Assembly (NCBI GenBank): GCA_947037025.1
Contig: CAMQSU010000003.1
Coordinates: 662-64,661, forward strand
Length of the DNA: 64,000 nucleotides
Direction: 5' to 3'
Source of the DNA: an uncultured Clostridia bacterium
GTDB taxonomy: Bacteria > Bacillota > Clostridia > Christensenellales > UBA3700
Each line of letters opens with the position of its first letter. Positions within the stretch are counted from its first letter, which is position 1. Below, in pieces: positions 62,993 to 64,000 of the stretch. The notes beneath the pieces were generated by a model, which worked only from the letters and a program-made list of their open reading frames with translations, had not been told where the DNA came from and made no database searches. Both the position numbers and the translations under genes were made by a program.

Positions 62993-64000
62993 ATGAATTT
63001 AGAATTAAATGGAGACTGGTTTTTTAAGCAAGAAAATGATGCGCAGTGGATGGAGGCTAAGGTACCTGGCTGTAATTTTATTGACTTGATAAATAACAAA
63101 GTTATTGCGGATCCTTTTTATGGCACTAACGAGAAAAATTGTTATTGGATTGCAGAGAAAAATTGGATTTACAAACGCAACTTTGAGGTTACTAGTGAAA
63201 TGCTTAGTCATGATAGATTGATAATTGTATTTAAAATGTTGGATACTCTTGCAACAATTATTATTAATGACAAGGTTGTTGCAAGTACTTGTAATTGCCA
63301 TATAAAACATTCTTTTGATGTTAAAGATATGCTTGTTGTGGGGGATAATAAAATTGAAATAACTTTTTTGTCGCCTGTTGAATATGTTATTGCTGAGCAA
63401 GAAAAAGAGAAATGTCCTGCAAACAATAATGGATTAAATGGTATCCCGCATATTAGAAAACCGCAGTGTCATTTTGGATGGGATTGGGGTCCAGTCCTAA
63501 CTCCTAGTGGTATTAGTGATGATGTATACATTGAGTGCGTGAATAACGCGGCTATCGATGATGTTAGGATTAGGCAAATACATACTGACGGCATAGTTAG
63601 TCTTAGTGTTGATGTGAAAATTGATAATTTTGACGGTGAAAAAATATATTGTGATGTTGTTGTAACTTGCCCAAAAGGAGTAAATCAAACTATATCAAAT
63701 AATGTTACATGTGATGCAAACGCTTTGTTTGTTATCAATGCACCAGAAATTTGGAGCATTAGAGAGCTTAATGGGTTAGATAAACAGCCGCTTTATACTG
63801 TAAGTGTAACTTTAAAGAAAAACGATATAGTGATAGGAACTTCTACAAGGAAAATAGGATTGAGGACAATATGTCTTAATCAGGATATTGATAAGTACGG
63901 CAAGAATTTTCAGTTTATAATTAATGATACTGCTATTTTTGCAAAGGGTGCTAACTGGATACCTGCTGACAGTTTTATTAATGCTTGCAGTAGAGAAAAG
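62993..64000 (+). CDS. Glycoside hydrolase family 2, beta-mannosidase-like (3'-truncated; absent from ORF track)
   Basis: Manual translation: MNLELNGDW..VPG..DPFYGTNE, LDTLA, IRKPQCHFGWDWGP, IGLRT, FAKGANWIPAD; GAGGTG RBS. Confidence 0.92.
   Translation, partial: MNLELNGDWFFKQENDAQWMEAKVPGCNFIDLINNKVIADPFYGTNEKNCYWIAEKNWIYKRNFEVTSEMLSHDRLIIVFKMLDTLATIIINDKVVASTCNCHIKHSFDVKDMLVVGDNKIEITFLSPVEYVIAEQEKEKCPANNNGLNGIPHIRKPQCHFGWDWGPVLTPSGISDDVYIECVNNAAIDDVRIRQIHTDGIVSLSVDVKIDNFDGEKIYCDVVVTCPKGVNQTISNNVTCDANALFVINAPEIWSIRELNGLDKQPLYTVSVTLKKNDIVIGTSTRKIGLRTICLNQDIDKYGKNFQFIINDTAIFAKGANWIPADSFINACSREK

Noticed and set aside
63005-63688. Minus-strand ORFs at the window end and other short overlapping ORFs in the track
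   Set aside because: Shadows of well-supported genes; here the plus-strand GH2 frame is open from 62993 to the edge

Overview
Low-GC Firmicute chromosomal window, most like Clostridia (taxon inferred from gene content and sigma-A promoters). It is mostly housekeeping: 3' part of tuf, putP, der, a PLP aminotransferase, tRNA-Asn, a 4-gene 2-oxoacid:ferredoxin oxidoreductase, sua5-ywlE-rpiB running into a complete 9-gene Na+-type V/A-ATPase operon, envelope glycosylation genes, orphan trpB and ilvN, a DnaD/DnaC-like pair, lipoproteins, mrp, two P-type ATPases, rlmD, an ArsR-HMA-CadA metal module, rsmI, a wzz/cpsD-like pair, PAP2, AraC and the start of a GH2 beta-mannosidase. I saw no transposase, integrase, prophage or CRISPR array. 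The best novelty candidate is an apparently non-coding transcription unit of about 1.35 kb (about 4231-5594). It has its own promoter and terminator, is dense in hairpins, and carries two diverged copies of a ~170-nt structured domain, each built from two copies of a ~37-nt motif. This looks like a large, modular ncRNA that I cannot assign to a known family. Other notable items: a 9-codon leader peptide (MFNRFYWRN) with attenuator ahead of the stand-alone trpB; two dispersed helically phased A-tract arrays with a shared consensus; three apparent pseudo-enzymes, two of them beside an intact paralogue; and recurrent acidic C-terminal tails on membrane proteins. All RNA folding and alignment was done by eye.
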